Under the pieces are notes generated by a model. The model was given only the letters and a program-made list of their open reading frames with translations. It was not told where the DNA came from and searched no databases. From assembly GCA_002269645.1 (NCBI GenBank), contig NIVC01002150.1, positions 124,001 to 188,000 on the forward strand: DNA of 64,000 bases, written 5' to 3'. This DNA is from Macrostomum lignano. Its lineage: Eukaryota. Position numbers and translations under genes: made by a program. This document shows positions 62,620 through 64,000 of the stretch, piece by piece (position 1 is the stretch's first letter; each line of letters begins with the position of its first letter).

Positions 62620-64000
62620 GAGTAAGTGCGACAGGTAGAAGGTGTACAAGAGCAAGGAAGACAGGTAGAGGGCACAGAAGAGAGAGGGAGACAGGTAGAA
62701 GGCACAGAAGAGAGAGGGAGACAGGTAGATGACGCAGAAGAGAGAGGGAGACAGGTAGATGGTACAGAAGAGAGAGGGAGACAGGTAGATGGCACAGAAG
62801 AGAGAGGGAGACAGGTAGATGACGCAGAAGAGAGAGAGGGAGCCAGGTAGAAGGCACAGAAGAGAGAGGGAGACAGGTAGAGGGCACAAAAGAGAGGGAG
62901 ACAGGTAGATGGCACAGAAGAGAGAGGGAGACAGGTAGATGGCACAGAAGAGAGAGGGAGACAGGTAGAGGGCACAGAAGAGAGAGGGAGACAGGTAGAG
63001 GGTACAGAAGAGAGAGGGAGACAGGTAGAGGGCACAGAAGAGAGAGGGAGACAGGTAGATGGCACAGAAGAGAGAGGGAGACAGGTAGAGGGTACAGAAG
63101 AGAGAGGGAGACAGGTAGATGGCACAGAAGAGAGAGGGAGACAGGTAGAAGGCACAGAAGAGAGAGGGAGACAGGTAGATGACGCAGAAGAGAGAGGGAG
63201 ACAGGTAGATGGTACAGAAGAGAGAGGGAGACAGGTAGATGGCACAGAAGAGAGAGGGAGACAGGTAGATGACGCAGAAGAGAGAGAGGGAGCCAGGTAG
63301 AAGGCACAGAAGAGAGAGGGAGACAGGTAGAGGGCACAAAAGAGAGGGAGACAGGTAGATGGCACAGAAGAGAGAGGGAGACAGGTAGATGGCACAGAAG
63401 AGAGAGGGAGACAGGTAGAGGGCACAGAAGAGAGAGGGAGACAGGTAGAGGGTACAGAAGAGAGAGGGAGACAGGTAGAGGGCACAGAAGAGAGAGGGAG
63501 ACAGGTAGATGGCACAGAAGAGAGAGGGAGACAGGTAGAGGGTACAGAAGAGAGAGGGAGACAGGTAGATGGCACAGAAGAGAGAGGGAGACAGGTAGAG
63601 GGCACAGAAGAGAGAGGGAGACAGGTAGATGGCACAGAAGAGAGAGGGAGACAGGTAGATGGCACAGAAGAGAGAGGGAGACAGGTAGAGGGCGCAGAAG
63701 AGAGAGGGAGACAGGTAGAGGGCACAGAAGAGAGAGGGAGACAGGTAGATGGTACAGAAAGGAGAGGGAGACAGGTAGAGGGTACCGAAGAGAGAGGGAG
63801 ACAGGTAGAGGGTACAGAAGAGAGAGGGAGACAGGTAGATGGCGCAGAAGAGAGGGAGACAGGTAGAGGGTACAGAAGAGAGAGGGAGACAGGTAGATGG
63901 CGCAGAAGAGAGGAAGACAGGTAGAGGGCACAGAAGAGAGAGGGAGACAAGTAAATGACGCAGAAGAGAGAGGGAGCCAGGTACATGGCGTAGAAGAGAG
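62620..64000. repeat. 30-bp purine-rich minisatellite x about 45, running off the window end
   Basis: GAGACAGGTAGATGGCACAGAAGAGAGAGG. A variant block recurs at a 450-bp spacing (62821 and 63271). Confidence 0.96.

Noticed and set aside
62400-62620. Missing first exon of STN1 (KQLLIVDYL resembles KLYIRDIL)
   Set aside because: All three minus-strand frames hit stops before a usable phase-1 donor, so the first exon remains unresolved.
62507-63986. 474-488 aa ORFs (LPVSLSLL / SSVPSTCLPL repeats)
   Set aside because: They are translations of the 30-bp minisatellite and show no protein-like complexity.

Overview
This is a repeat-rich animal genomic window. The GC-rich exons, AT-rich introns and many unrelated minisatellites suggest a free-living flatworm such as Macrostomum (inference). 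Five genes can be rebuilt from splice sites and protein motifs: TRAK/Milton (about 12 exons, 22.5-33.2 kb), bystin (4 exons, 39.8-49.1 kb), an achaete-scute bHLH (2 exons), a secreted and probably GPI-anchored protein joining a lysozyme-like (SLT/phage-type) domain to a VWA domain (intronless CDS, 55954-57591), and STN1 of the CST complex (minus strand, 5' end unresolved). There is also a candidate orphan two-TM gene and a 3' coding fragment at the window start. The first 18 kb is a nest of mobile DNA: a 5'-truncated Loa/Lian-like LINE (RT plus RNase H) flanked by a 79-bp duplication, two non-autonomous Helitrons joined head to tail that each carry a different 23-bp satellite, an RTE fragment with a 10-bp TSD, and nested hAT-type elements. 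A 2.9-kb hAT element in a bystin intron has amplified its own subterminal motif into a satellite. Eight of the 11 TRAK introns each hold a different minisatellite. A regularly spaced palindromic CGATA-CA-TATCG motif lies between the convergent VWA and STN1 genes. Coordinates were read by eye and array copy numbers are approximate.
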